Notes: a model not told the origin generated them from the sequence alone. A stretch of 64,000 nt of DNA from Candidatus Poribacteria bacterium (GCA_965205025.1 CBDBFU010000023.1:60455-124454); one strand, 5' to 3'; shown: positions 31,354 through 42,387, counted from the first letter of the stretch. Translations and numbers: made by a program.

Positions 31354-34014
31354 CTACGAGAGTGTTACATTCGTTTTATCGTTGCGGATCCACGCGAGGA
31401 CATTATCAATTTCGTCAAGGTTCTCTCTCAGAAAATCAGTATTGGTATAGATGATGTGATATTTGAAACGGTCATTGGATTGCATCTTTTCTAAACGTTC
31501 AACCGCTTTCTTTTTTGCTTTGACTGTCTCATTATTACGGTCTCTTTCAGATTTTATCTCAACGATGTAGAATTCACCCGTCTTTTTTACAATCACAAAA
31601 TCAGGAAAATAGCGGTGAAAGTTACCGTCTTCACCTTTATATTCAAAATGGAAATCACTCTTTTTAGTATCTGTCAAACCACCTGTAAATAGAAATATGT
31701 CCACATCTTCCATTGCAGTATTCAGGGAACTCAGGATTGCTTCAAAAAATTCACGTTCTGGTTTGGTATCAAAATTGTAGGGCATATAGTGGAAACTTAT
31801 ACTGTGATCGTCCGGTAAATCTTCCTCACTGAATAGAAGTCTGTCGTTTTTCATCCGTTCAGCTGTCCGTTTTTGGACACGTAATCTGTGGATGTAGTTG
31901 CCGTTTGCGTCTTGTTCAAAAAGAGGGTTTCCGTTAGTGTCGTGTGTATGAATAAGGGCAAGTACCTCTTTGATTTCTTCTTTGATCACTTTGTAGTTTT
32001 GTATTTTGGTTTCGACTTGTTGAAACAACGGATATATGTGTGCGTTTGGGACTTCACCATTCGGATAGAGTTTATTTATACTCTTGAGTGTATTCATCAC
32101 TGGTAGATGATAGTTTGTTGCAATCCTTCGAGCAATCGTATAACAATCTGTTGTGTGATCAGAGACTTCAATATTATCACTTTCCCCAGTGTCTATAAAT
32201 GGTGAGGTTGTTCCGCGGTTGGTAAAATTGGGTGTTAATATTCTGCGGACAATTGGTGGTGGTTCTTCTACATCGGTAGGAAGTTCCAACTGAATCTCCG
32301 TAGGTGTACGTTCCTTTCGGACGACACGGGATACCTTTCGAGTAATTTCAAGTTTTGGCAATTCTGCTTTGAGAATGCGGATTTCGACATCCTCCGTATC
32401 AGCCGTGTGTCCGCTAAGTCTGCCAAGAGTTGTACCAAAGTTCTCCTCTAATTCTTTGTCTAATATGTATCTGTTCTTTGTATCCAAGAAAATTTTAGCA
32501 GGATATGTATTGCCTTCCACTTGACGGAGGCATCGGGTAGAGGCTTGCAGAACAAAGTTGCTACTTGTTGTCTGTTCCTTAATCAGTGCACAAGCGAATA
32601 AACTGGGACAATTCCATCCCTCTACACCTTTTCCGATGAGCAATAAGATACGTTTTTGATTGTCTGGATCGTTAAGACTGTTGAATTCGTCAATTTCGGC
32701 TTGATTGGATTTTTGTGTATTGACGAGTATTAAGGTGGAATTCTGACCTATTTCTGCTAATGCCTTTTCAATATATGTTCTTGATATGTCGAGATGTTCT
32801 TGAGTCTTAAAATAGAAGGCGATTTTAGCTTTTGCACCGTTAGGTAGGGTTACGTCGCTGTAGTTTTGAAAAAATACTTCTATAACGTTCTGGATGACTT
32901 CTTCCTCAGAACCATCTCCAATATGGTAGTGAACAATGCCTTTGTGTAGACTCTTAAGGATGTTATCCTCTATTCCTTCACCGAGGCTATACCATGCAAC
33001 GACTTCACGGAGCACCTGTCTTTTATAGTACGGTGTACCGGTAGTGTTGACAACTGCAATCAAGTCGGTTTTTTCATCTATATAGTTGACGGTTTCCCGT
33101 ACCCGTTTGAGTTCGCTGTCCATTTTGTTTCCGTATGTATGGTGTGCTTCGTCTGAGAAGACTCCTAAACTGGGTAGACTTGTGATTTTTTGAAGTCGTA
33201 GATTCGCTTCTAATTCTGCCTGTTCTTTCTTTTTCTCAAAGTCTAACAGTGATTGACTTTTACGTTGTTTCAAGTTTGCTCTCAGACTTATTTTCTCGGT
33301 ATTCGTAACAATGACATTGTAAGTACTCTCAGGTTGTACTTGAATGTCTTTTGCACCAGTTTGTGGATAGGTGATTTTGAGATTTGCCAGAAAATCACGG
33401 TGTAGACTGAAGGGTAGAATTTGCTCAAAAGGGATATCGCTTATTTCACGTAGACTTTCAATGATAGTCGTGCCAGGGGCGAATACCAGGGCATTTTTCA
33501 TGAAATTGGCTTCAGGATAGCGGAGTGCCATAGCGAATTCAGTTGCAATAATAGTACCGATCAGAACCGTTTTACCTGTCCCCATTGCAAGCGCGAAGAT
33601 ATAACTTGGATACGGAAGGGTTACCGCTTCATGAACGGGATTGAGTTGGTTTTCCTTAACGTATTCCGGATCGTTTTTTATTTTCTGAAGTACCATGTCA
33701 ACATTCTGGATCCACTGTAGCTGATTTGGGTCAATTGGAATACCGATTGCTTCAAAAAAATCTCTTTTATCAGGATAATAGTGTTTATAGAGTTCGACAA
33801 TATGCGGGGTGTTTCGGACGAGTCTTAAGAACCAATAGAGTTCCAGAGATTGAAATTGCGGTTCACGGAGGTATTTGAGTATGATGTTTTCTTCAACTTC
33901 ACCTTCAAATTGGTAACCTAATATTTCTCCGATGAGAGGGTAATCTTGGCAGGGGTATCCTTCTTTTCGCCAATTTAGTGTGTCTTCACGTAGATTTTCA
34001 AAAAGGTGCTGCAT
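31354..34014 (-). CDS. type III restriction endonuclease Res subunit (DEAH helicase + PD-(D/E)xK)
   Basis: ALAMGTGKT, SDEAHH, TGTP, EGWNCP, YFPDF...VEIKS. Confidence 0.88.
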   Translation of the reverse strand: MQHLFENLREDTLNWRKEGYPCQDYPLIGEILGYQFEGEVEENIILKYLREPQFQSLELYWFLRLVRNTPHIVELYKHYYPDKRDFFEAIGIPIDPNQLQWIQNVDMVLQKIKNDPEYVKENQLNPVHEAVTLPYPSYIFALAMGTGKTVLIGTIIATEFAMALRYPEANFMKNALVFAPGTTIIESLREISDIPFEQILPFSLHRDFLANLKITYPQTGAKDIQVQPESTYNVIVTNTEKISLRANLKQRKSQSLLDFEKKKEQAELEANLRLQKITSLPSLGVFSDEAHHTYGNKMDSELKRVRETVNYIDEKTDLIAVVNTTGTPYYKRQVLREVVAWYSLGEGIEDNILKSLHKGIVHYHIGDGSEEEVIQNVIEVFFQNYSDVTLPNGAKAKIAFYFKTQEHLDISRTYIEKALAEIGQNSTLILVNTQKSNQAEIDEFNSLNDPDNQKRILLLIGKGVEGWNCPSLFACALIKEQTTSSNFVLQASTRCLRQVEGNTYPAKIFLDTKNRYILDKELEENFGTTLGRLSGHTADTEDVEIRILKAELPKLEITRKVSRVVRKERTPTEIQLELPTDVEEPPPIVRRILTPNFTNRGTTSPFIDTGESDNIEVSDHTTDCYTIARRIATNYHLPVMNTLKSINKLYPNGEVPNAHIYPLFQQVETKIQNYKVIKEEIKEVLALIHTHDTNGNPLFEQDANGNYIHRLRVQKRTAERMKNDRLLFSEEDLPDDHSISFHYMPYNFDTKPEREFFEAILSSLNTAMEDVDIFLFTGGLTDTKKSDFHFEYKGEDGNFHRYFPDFVIVKKTGEFYIVEIKSERDRNNETVKAKKKAVERLEKMQSNDRFKYHIIYTNTDFLRENLDEIDNVLAWIRNDKTNVTLS

Positions 34015-34069
34015 TTATGCGTGTTCCTAAAAGTTGTAAGCAAAGTAGTTGGTTTAGTGTCCGTTATTT

Positions 34070-35181
34070 CTAAGTTCCACCAGCAGAATCGGAATTGAGT
34101 TCACGAAGGGCATTCTCAATTATCTCTATATATTTTTCATTATTATTTTGTTTTGCTAATTGTAATCCTGTTTGGTAATCTTGCCTTGCTTCGATCTTGA
34201 GACAAAGACAGGATTTGGCATAACCTCGAATTTCGTAGACATTTGGATTAGGATTCCCTAACCTAATAACTTCATCAAAGTCTTCAATTGCTTCTTGATA
34301 TTGTTGTATGTTGACTCTTGCGTGTCCACGCCAGAAATACGGATTTGCATCTTTTGGATGCCAGTTAATTGCCTTAGTATAGTGCAAAATGGCTTCCTCA
34401 TATTCCTGACTTTGATAAGCATGGTGTCCAAGGTTTATGTAGTCAGGATTGGGGAAAGGCATGTTGTGCCCATGCTGACTTGCGAAACCTTCAAGATCTG
34501 GAAATAGTGTCTTTCCAGTAATATTTGAACAACTCTCCAGAGATTTCAAGATATTTTCTTTACTTCCTGCTTCTATAATGCATTCTTTATCTGGATAAAT
34601 AACTTGATTTCCTCCCAGCAGGAAAACAGAATGTTGTGAAGAAATTCTATTGTTCAGATGTCTCGGTTGCCATCGATAGAGTTGAGGCTGCCATAGTTTA
34701 CTACTTGGGGCGTTGAAATAGGATTCAAGACTTCTTTGTTCTAACATTAGGGGTGTTATTTCTTCAATTTTGTGTGGAGTATTTAGGATTGCACCAACTT
34801 TACCGTTTGATGGCATACCACTACTTGGCTGACAGGCGAACCAAAGGGCAACTTGGGCACTATAGGTAAAGTCAATCAAACAAGTTGCTGCGCGAAAATG
34901 CTGGAGTTCAGCAAGTATTTCTAAATCGGTAAGTTTCGTCCATTTTTGTAATCGTGTCCCTGAAGACGTGCTTCTTTGATTAGAATCTTGTTGATTTCAA
35001 GAAATTCATCGTAACTACTTCTGTTATATGTACTTGGGAAACGACGCCAAGCGGACGCTTCTATTTGGTACGCATCATTTGACAAACCCCGAAATAAATA
35101 TAATTCGGATTCTAAATTGGGATTTATAGATTGTACCCATTTTATGAAATCCTTCAGAGTCTTGATCTGGGTTGCATTCAT
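34070..35181 (-). CDS. FRG domain + TPR protein, split by one missing base near 34935
   Basis: LYLFRG in the 34921-35181 ORF; adding one A gives GRKLTDLEILAELQHFRAATCLIDFTYSAQVALWFAC in frame with the downstream ORF; TPRs at the C-terminus. Confidence 0.8.
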
Positions 35182-35569
35182 ATAGTTTTCCTTATCTGGT
35201 TACAATTTCTAATTTATAATGTTTCATTATCATTTCTGAAGAAAACCCCTAAATCCTCTTATCAGTGGGATGTCTGATCTCTAACTTACAGTGGATTCAA
35301 ATAGAAATGGTATTATTCAACGTCTTTGAAATTATATCATGCTTGGGTAAAAACGGCAAAGAAAGTCGGATGGAATTGGTTATGAGAAGTATGAAAATTT
35401 CGTTGATGTTGTTTGGTATAAGGGTGTGACCTATGAATGATAATATTAGGTAGGTTAATGCCGATAAGAGTATGTATCAAGGACAATTGTTTAGCATTTT
35501 TTGATACGTGTTAGTTAAATCCACATAGACGTCAATTTCGTGCAATTTGTGTATTTTTAGGTTTGTTTG

Positions 35570-35945
35570 AGTTGTCTGAACCACAGATTACACGGATTAC
35601 ACGGAGAAGAGAGGTTATTGTCTGTAAGATTTTCTTCAATGTTGGAACAAGAAATCAAGGAATCAAGAATTCAACAATATGAATGACATCTGAAGATTAA
35701 TTTATTAATTCGGTAATTTTGAAAAAAAAACAGTGCGGTTAGGAAACCGCACCTACCATGGGGTGGGAATAGGATCTTGAAGGATTGGGATTGGAAACAC
35801 AGCAGATAGAATAAATGTAAGAGTCGGGAATTGGAATCCCCTCCCACAGAAGAGGAAGAAAGAGGGAGGAAAAATGGAAGGGAGGAAGAATGGAAGAAAA
35901 GAGGGAGGATGGAAGAATGGAAGAATCGGGGATCGGAATCCCTCG
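35570..35945. repeat. cluster of short repeats: GATTACACG tandem, GTAG-type REP hairpin, GGAAGAAT-like purine tandem
   Basis: CAGATTACACGGATTACACGG (35584; related at 40152); GTGCGGTTAGGAAACCGCACCTAC (35733); purine repeats 35850-35925. Confidence 0.6.
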
Positions 35946-36073
35946 TTCAGAAGAGATGTGAAGATCGGGTAAAGAAGTTTACACACCCATACAACTGATT
36001 TCAGTTGACATGATGGGATATTTCGTCTATATTAAATCTATGCTTCAGGCTCAGACTTTGTAAGGATAAACCT

Positions 36074-36337
36074 ATGTTTTTTGTGTTCTGTATTTTTATT
36101 TTTCCTCTTACTGTACTGGTTATTTTACTCCTTTCTACCAGAGAGAAAAACGACACAGAAACAACACCCACAGAAATAATTAAAGAATGTGCCATCTGTT
36201 ATAATGATTTTCCTATAACAGAGTTATTCGAGAAAGAAATAGGTGATTATGGAAGAAAGTATGTATTTTGTGGTGATTGCATAGAGAATTTATACCAAGA
36301 TTATAAGAATAAATTCAGTATTGATTCAGGAGAATAA
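36074..36337 (+). CDS. small membrane-anchored protein with two CxxC motifs
   Basis: AAGGA RBS; N-terminal TM; CAIC and CGDC. Confidence 0.6.
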   Translation: MFFVFCIFIFPLTVLVILLLSTREKNDTETTPTEIIKECAICYNDFPITELFEKEIGDYGRKYVFCGDCIENLYQDYKNKFSIDSGE

Positions 36338-36343
36338 TTATAT

Positions 36344-37387
36344 ATGTATGATTTAGTGACCTTTGGTGAAGCAATGATTCGGCTTACCTCACCAGATTTC
36401 ATGCGTCTTGAACAGTCAAATTCACTTGATATGACTGCTGGGGGCGCGGAGATGAATGTTGCTGTTAATGGTGCTCAACTGGGATTAAGAACTGCTTGGG
36501 TATCACGCCTTGTTGACAACTGGTCTGGACGATATATACGCAATAAAGGACAAGAACTCGGTGTAGATATGTCCAACATTGTATGGGTAGATTTTGACGG
36601 TGTTGGATTTGAAAGGAACGGTTTTTATCATCTTGAAATGGGTGCAGGACCGCGTGCGAGTAGTGTCACTTATGATCGTGGACATTCTGCAATCTCAAAT
36701 ATACAACCGGGGGATATTGATTGGAAGTCTATTTTCAGTAATGCGCGTTGGTTTCATTTAAGTGGAATTACACCGGCATTATCGGAATCTGCGGCGGCTG
36801 TATCTGCTGAAGCCTTGAAAGCAGCTCGTGCTGCTGGGGTCAGAACAAGCTATGATCTGAATTTCCGTTCAAAATTATGGAGTGCAGAAGAAGCACAAGA
36901 AGCTAATAATCCTATTATGGAACACGTCGGTGTATTGATAGGGAATGAGGAAGACTTTGAAAAATCGTTAGGTTTTGCTGCTGAAGGTGCAACTGAATCT
37001 TATAGTAAACTTGAACCTGAGAGTTATAAAGAAGTGGCATCCAAGGTAAAAAAAGCGTTTCCAAATATTGAAATGATTGGGACAACACTCCGTGATGCTA
37101 AAACCGGTTGGTTAAATGACTGGAGAACACTACTTTTTGATGGTGAGGAATTCTATTTATCGCGTATATACAAGAACTTAGAACTGGTCGATAGGGTTGG
37201 TGGTGGAGACAGTTTTTCTTCTGGATTGATTTTCAGTCTACTTAACGGTAAGTCTCCTCAAGATGCAGTTGATTTTGCAGGAGGATATTCAGCATTAGCA
37301 CATACCTTCCCAGGTGATTTCAATTGGGCAACTGAAGAGGAGGCTGAAAAGGCTATGCAAGCGGGTAGTGTAAGGATTAGCAGATAA
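36344..37387 (+). CDS. PfkB-family sugar kinase (2-keto-3-deoxygluconate kinase-like)
   Basis: TFGEAMIRL, GGAEMNVA, HLSGITPAL, SYDLNFRSKLW, DRVGGGDSF. Confidence 0.9.
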   Translation: MYDLVTFGEAMIRLTSPDFMRLEQSNSLDMTAGGAEMNVAVNGAQLGLRTAWVSRLVDNWSGRYIRNKGQELGVDMSNIVWVDFDGVGFERNGFYHLEMGAGPRASSVTYDRGHSAISNIQPGDIDWKSIFSNARWFHLSGITPALSESAAAVSAEALKAARAAGVRTSYDLNFRSKLWSAEEAQEANNPIMEHVGVLIGNEEDFEKSLGFAAEGATESYSKLEPESYKEVASKVKKAFPNIEMIGTTLRDAKTGWLNDWRTLLFDGEEFYLSRIYKNLELVDRVGGGDSFSSGLIFSLLNGKSPQDAVDFAGGYSALAHTFPGDFNWATEEEAEKAMQAGSVRISR

Positions 37388-37410
37388 TTTATTCATCTTG
37401 ACATAAAATA

Positions 37411-37550
37411 GCGTGAGTTTGATAAGACACATTGTACCTGAACTATTAAATAACGCAAGAGTGCACAAACTGGAAAGTTTGTGCTACAAAGACTATCTTC
37501 AGAACAAAATTCTGTTTATCAAACTGACATTTTTATTATCAAACTGACGT
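37411..37550. mobile_element. MITE with IS982-type ends carrying a REP-like hairpin
   Basis: GCGTGAGTTTTGATAA ... TTATCAAACTGACGT; 7-bp direct repeat TAAAATA on both sides; homologous inverted copy at 54302-54449. Confidence 0.75.
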
Positions 37551-37558
37551 TAAAATAG

Positions 37559-37586
37559 AAGCATCTCCTTCTTGGGGGTGCTTTTG
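37559..37586 (+). terminator. Rho-independent terminator-like hairpin
   Basis: AAGCATCTCC-TTCTT-GGGGGTGCTT followed by TT. Confidence 0.55.
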
Positions 37587-37629
37587 TTATTATAGTGAAA
37601 CCAGAAACTATGTACTCCTCCCAGTGGAT

Positions 37630-37896
37630 CTATTTCTGTTTTTTTGTTCGATGCTTACATCCTGGCCAACAACATGGACGACGTTTTCCATCAATTAACT
37701 CAATCCCTACACGTTCAATTCTTTTGCTTCGAGTCTCTGGTTTCTTAGCGGAAATAACCCAACAAATCCATTCATTTCGTGCAAGTGGTGTTAAATCATT
37801 CCATGCATCTGTGGTATCACTTGTTGAAATTAAAGTCATCCGTAAATCGGTTGGCACTTCGTGCACAACACCTGTGGCAATTGTATTATTTGACAT
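37630..37896 (-). CDS. YdeI/OmpD-associated family protein
   Basis: VPTDL...W..LTPLARNEWICWV.SAKKPETR..RI...RRPCCWPGC. Confidence 0.85.
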   Translation of the reverse strand: MSNNTIATGVVHEVPTDLRMTLISTSDTTDAWNDLTPLARNEWICWVISAKKPETRSKRIERVGIELIDGKRRPCCWPGCKHRTKKQK

Positions 37897-38046
37897 TGTT
37901 TCTAATATTCAGAAGTAATGAAATATGGATACATAAGAATTATTAATGTTTTACCAACTCTATTCGATAATTGACAATATTAACGTTAAGAAATTGTAAA
38001 TTACTACAGATTAAATCCATTCTCTGTGGTTAGGTGGTGTTAAGCT

Positions 38047-39259
38047 TTACTTTATTCCATATATACGTATTTTGTACAAACTTCCACCTGTTTCTTTTGC
38101 TATGCGTTTATGATCGGGGTAATTATTTCCGAATACATTCACATAGATTTTGTTTTTTTGGCAGAGCTTTATAACACTATCTAATGTATGCCTATTTATG
38201 CTGGTGAATTCCTTTTGATCTGTGAGGAGGATAAGATGTTTTATAGAATCTGTTCTAAACTGTATTTCTGTCACCGTTTTATGGATAGCATCTAATACGT
38301 ATTCATCACCCGCGATCCTAATTGAATAAAATTCCCGTTTGTATTCAGATAGGTTCCGTGTGAGTGGTAATATCTCTGTTATATATTCTTTATTTCTCGA
38401 ATATTTTTTGGTATAGAAGATTGTTAGACCGAACATCAAGTCTATCTTTGAAGTTTTGAAGGCATCACTCACATCAGACAGATGTTCTGCCAAAGATCTG
38501 ATATTGTCATTCATAATACCGGATCTGTCCAAGACCAAGATGACATCTACAGGATTACCATCACTACTTTCTTTTATATGATCTGTAAGATTCTCAATGG
38601 TTTTTAGGAATGGGTTACCTCCACCATTACCTGTGCCACCACTACCACTCCCTGTGCCTTTCCCGTTTTTATTCCCCTCCGATTCACCTATACTACTACC
38701 GTTTTTCTTTCCTGTCTCTGTTTTACTGTCCCCTTCCACGGTATTATTTTCTGAATTTCCCTCATTTTTAATACTGCGATTTTTTGAAACTGTCCACCCT
38801 ATGACACCAGATGGTAATTTTGGTGACAGCATTGACTTGGAATTGGGTTTTAAACGGACATCAGTTGAGAGATTAGGTTCATCAAAATGTGGATCATAGT
38901 TTGCTGATGCCAATAACTGCCCTTGACCTGCCGATGGGGTTGCAGGAGCAGGTAACTTGGTAATCTCTTTAGATTGATTGGGTTTAGCAATAGTTACTTC
39001 TCTCATTTGAGGTACAGGTATAGTTTCATTTCGCTTAGTTAATATTGGAGTTGGTGTCTCTTGCTTATCGACCATCTGTCTCGACAGTTCAGGTAGTATA
39101 TCGGCATGTATTTTGTCGACTTCGGTTTCTTCTTGATTGAGAAAAAAGAGGACGAACACCGCTACCATCACTCCATGGAAAACTAAAGAAAGACAAAAAG
39201 CAATTTTTTGACATCTCTGACGAAAAGACCTTCTTAATTTGTTTTTACTGAAGTACATC
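38047..39259 (-). CDS. membrane-anchored vWA-domain protein with Gly-rich linker
   Basis: SLVFH TM anchor, GxG-rich linker, DVILVLDRSGIM (MIDAS variant), LILLTD, IAKETGG; GAGGTG RBS before ATG 39259. Confidence 0.75.
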
Positions 39260-39270
39260 AAAAACACCTC

Positions 39271-39457
39271 ACGGTTATTTAGTTTTAAGAATCTCTCGTT
39301 GATGTGTGTTACTTAGAGTTATTCTTGTAGGTTGGGTTGAGTTTGCGAAACCCAACAGGAACCAAAGATTTCGGGTTTTGCTCCGCTCTATCCGACCTGC
39401 GAATATTATTCACGAATGTGAACATAGTAGCTAAAATATCGAAAACTAAATAACCCT
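39271..39457. mobile_element. MITE with GGTTATTTAGTTTT inverted ends, 11-bp direct repeat and an internal REP doublet
   Basis: ACGGTTATTTAGTTTT ... AAAACTAAATAACCCT; AAAAACACCTC at 39260-39270 and 39458-39468; internal GTAGGTTGGGTTGAG...GAAACCCAAC; solo end at 40311-40333. Confidence 0.75.
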
Positions 39458-39560
39458 AAAAACACCTCTATGTATGTTGGCAGTTTATAGTCTTTAGTTA
39501 TTGGTTTAAAGTTTTTATTTTTCACAACTGTTATATTAAAATTTTCAATATGTTGAAAAG

Positions 39561-39588
39561 AGTTACACTTTTCGTTACATGGTGTAAC
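39561..39588. repeat. 28-bp exact copy of the motif at 24292-24319
   Basis: AGTTACACTTTTCGTTACATGGTGTAAC in both places. Confidence 0.85.
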
Positions 39589-39816
39589 ACTGGTTAAACC
39601 TCTCTCCCGTCAGTACTACACTAAGCTTATAGCTACTTTTTTAAGGTTACAAGAATTTGCGCCAAGTATAAATTGGGTATGATTTTTGTGTCTTTTACTT
39701 TTCTTCTAATCCATTGATTTGGAATCGTTTGAATGTGAAACATCTTAACAATCCATTTTGACATGTTTTTAGAACATATCTCATATTTGGAGAATTCTTT
39801 GATATCTTGCTCTATC

Positions 39817-39958
39817 AGGACTTACGCAACTTAAGCAGAAAAAGGTAAAATTTGACTTAAAAAGCCGTCATTTCAGTGTTTTAACCCCCTAAATCCCCCT
39901 TATCAGGGGGACTTTAAGAGAAAATGTGGAAGACCTAACTATTTATCAAACTCACGTT
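39817..39958. mobile_element. degenerate MITE remnants (CAGGACTTACGCA end; CCCCCT..AGGGGG hairpin; solo IS982-type end)
   Basis: CAGGACTTACGCA ... TGTGGAAGACCTA; CCCCCTAAATCCCCCTTATCAGGGGGACTT (degenerate copy near 35244); TTATCAAACTCACGTT near 39943. Confidence 0.5.
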
Positions 39959-40457
39959 AGTATGTAAGATATTCAATAAATATATTGTTATATAAATAGT
40001 AACATGTTTAAAAAGTAAATGTCAAGCGTATTTGTTATTTAATGAGTTTTTATGTTTAGTTCCTTCCAGTACACTGTTTCTTCATAAATTATTTAATTGT
40101 TATGTTTTTCTATATGATGCCGATGGTGTTAACTTTCTTCATATTTTTTATCAGAATCACGGATTACACGGATGGGATTGTTGTCTGAATCGCAGCATTG
40201 CGAAATACAGCATTATCCGTATTCCTGTTCACAGGAGCTACTCGTATCGCTGATATGATGAAATATTATGCTTTAAATCCTAAACTCGTAGCTAACATCA
40301 TAAAATGAGAATTCTTAAAACTAAATAACCCTGTATCAATACTAATATACCTTGCATTTCTATTCAGAATTTGATAATATAAGCAATATTATTCAATGGA
40401 ATTTAGGATATTGCATATTACATTTTAATACTACTGATAAGTAGGAAGGAATTCGCT

Positions 40458-40715
40458 ATGTTTGTATGTATAGCATGTGGTTATTTGTGGAAAGAAGCAG
40501 ATGAACCCCCAGATGAATGTCCAGCATGTACCGCACCAAAAGAGAAATATATACCTTATGATGATAGAGCAGAAAGGTGGGTTAAAAGAGCCGTTGCTGC
40601 ACATGTTATGTACCCAGATGAAGAAGGTGCTGACCTTAGAGCAGAGAATTCAGCTTTATCATCACATATTAGATTCGCATTAGTTGGATTACTTGGGGAT
40701 CTACAAAAGGAATAA
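40458..40715 (+). CDS. rubredoxin-like small protein
   Basis: FVCIACGY...PPDECPACTAPKEKY. Confidence 0.75.
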   Translation: MFVCIACGYLWKEADEPPDECPACTAPKEKYIPYDDRAERWVKRAVAAHVMYPDEEGADLRAENSALSSHIRFALVGLLGDLQKE

Positions 40716-40752
40716 GAAGAAGGCTCCGGTATTCTTATCGGGGCTTCTTTTT
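40716..40752 (+). terminator. Rho-independent terminator
   Basis: AAGAAGGCTCCGGT...ATCGGGGCTTCTTTTT. Confidence 0.6.
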
Positions 40753-40869
40753 GTCTAACTCGTTATTTCGCAAAAAAATCTATTAGTATGCACATTTGAA
40801 TGTTTTATTATAGAAACAAAGGAATGATTGCATTCTACTTAACTAAATGAGAAAAACCCGGAAGAAATT

Positions 40870-42387
40870 ATGAAGTATATACACATTTTTTTGATTCTAC
40901 TACTGATGATATTACCAGTAATAGCATCAGCACAGGACCTTGAAGACAGAGTCGTCGAACATGTCTATGCAAATGGTCTGAAATTATTGATGATTGAACG
41001 TCATACCTCCCCTACAATTGCACCCTATATTCTTTTTAAAGCAGGCTCAGTAGATGAGTCTGATGATGCACGTGGTATTGCACATATGTTAGAGCATATG
41101 TTATTTAAAGGAACGAATACTATTGGTACGAAAGATTATGAGCAAGAGAAAGTGATACTTGCTGAAATTGATCGAATCGGGGACACATTAGACAACGAAC
41201 GCGCAAAAGGGTCGAGAGCAGATGAGAATAAGATTAAAGAATTAGAGGAAGCCTTAAAAAAACAACAAGAGATGGCTGCGAAGTGGACTGTTGCTGGTGA
41301 ATATACAGAGATCTATACCCAACATGGCAGTACAGGATTCAATGCTGGAACATCAGTTGACTATACGATTTATACTGTTGAATTACCGTCAAATAAGCTT
41401 GAATTATGGGCAATGCTTGAGTCGGATAGGCTAAAAAATAATGTATTACGTCAATTCTATGTTGAAAGAGAAGCCGTAAAAGAGGAACGGAGAATGAGTG
41501 TGGATTCTCGTCCAGGAGGAAAACTGTATGAGCAGTTTATGGCTTCAGCCTTCACAGCACATCCCTACGGAATGCCAATAATTGGATGGCCTTCTGACAT
41601 TGCCATGCTTAATAGAAAAAAGGCAGAAGAATTCTTCAAAATACATTATGCTCCAAATAACTCTGTTATGGTCATTGTAGGTGACATCAACATTGAAAAG
41701 ACAATAGAATTGATTGATAAATACTTTGGGGATATTCCATCACAACCTCTTCCAAAAGAGGTTACAGTAGATGAACCAAAGCAAGAGGGAGAACGAAGGA
41801 TTGAAGTTGAGTATGATGCTGAACCGCAAATGATGATAGGTTTCCATAAACCCACAATTCCGCACTTTGATGATTATGTTTTTGATATGATTAGTGCAAT
41901 TTTGTCAGATGGACGTACATCCCGTTTCTACAAGAATATTGTTGAAGAAGGAATTGCTGTTTCTGCCAATACAATTAATGGATATCCTGGAGCTCGTTAT
42001 GATAACCTTTTCGTTGTAAGTGCTACACCACGTTCACCCAATACCACTGCTGATGTAGAAAAGGCAATTTATGCTGAGTTAGAACGCCTAAAAACTGAAC
42101 CTGTAGAGGAGAAAGAATTTAAAAGAATCCTTAAACAGATTGATGCATCTTTTATCCGTGGATTAAGTTCGAATGCAGGTATGGCAAACCAGCTTACATT
42201 CTATGAAGGTATTGCAGGGGATTGGCGTTATATTCTAAATTGGCGTAAGAAAATGTATGAGATAACACCTGAAGATATTATGAAGACAGCCAAGACCTAT
42301 TTCACAAAATCTAATCGTACCGTTGCTACTATAGTAAAGAAGGAACAAACTGAGACTACTGAGACAGAAGGGGAGGCAAGTGAATAA
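40870..42387 (+). CDS. M16 family zinc peptidase, catalytic subunit, exported
   Basis: Signal peptide; GIAHMLEHMLFKGT (HxxEH); NAGTS.DYT.Y; HPYG.P.IG; YAPNN. Confidence 0.92.
   Translation: MKYIHIFLILLLMILPVIASAQDLEDRVVEHVYANGLKLLMIERHTSPTIAPYILFKAGSVDESDDARGIAHMLEHMLFKGTNTIGTKDYEQEKVILAEIDRIGDTLDNERAKGSRADENKIKELEEALKKQQEMAAKWTVAGEYTEIYTQHGSTGFNAGTSVDYTIYTVELPSNKLELWAMLESDRLKNNVLRQFYVEREAVKEERRMSVDSRPGGKLYEQFMASAFTAHPYGMPIIGWPSDIAMLNRKKAEEFFKIHYAPNNSVMVIVGDINIEKTIELIDKYFGDIPSQPLPKEVTVDEPKQEGERRIEVEYDAEPQMMIGFHKPTIPHFDDYVFDMISAILSDGRTSRFYKNIVEEGIAVSANTINGYPGARYDNLFVVSATPRSPNTTADVEKAIYAELERLKTEPVEEKEFKRILKQIDASFIRGLSSNAGMANQLTFYEGIAGDWRYILNWRKKMYEITPEDIMKTAKTYFTKSNRTVATIVKKEQTETTETEGEASE

Noticed and set aside
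35753-35986. 77-aa Pro/Phe-rich ORF
   Set aside because: Translation of a purine-rich tandem repeat on the opposite strand.
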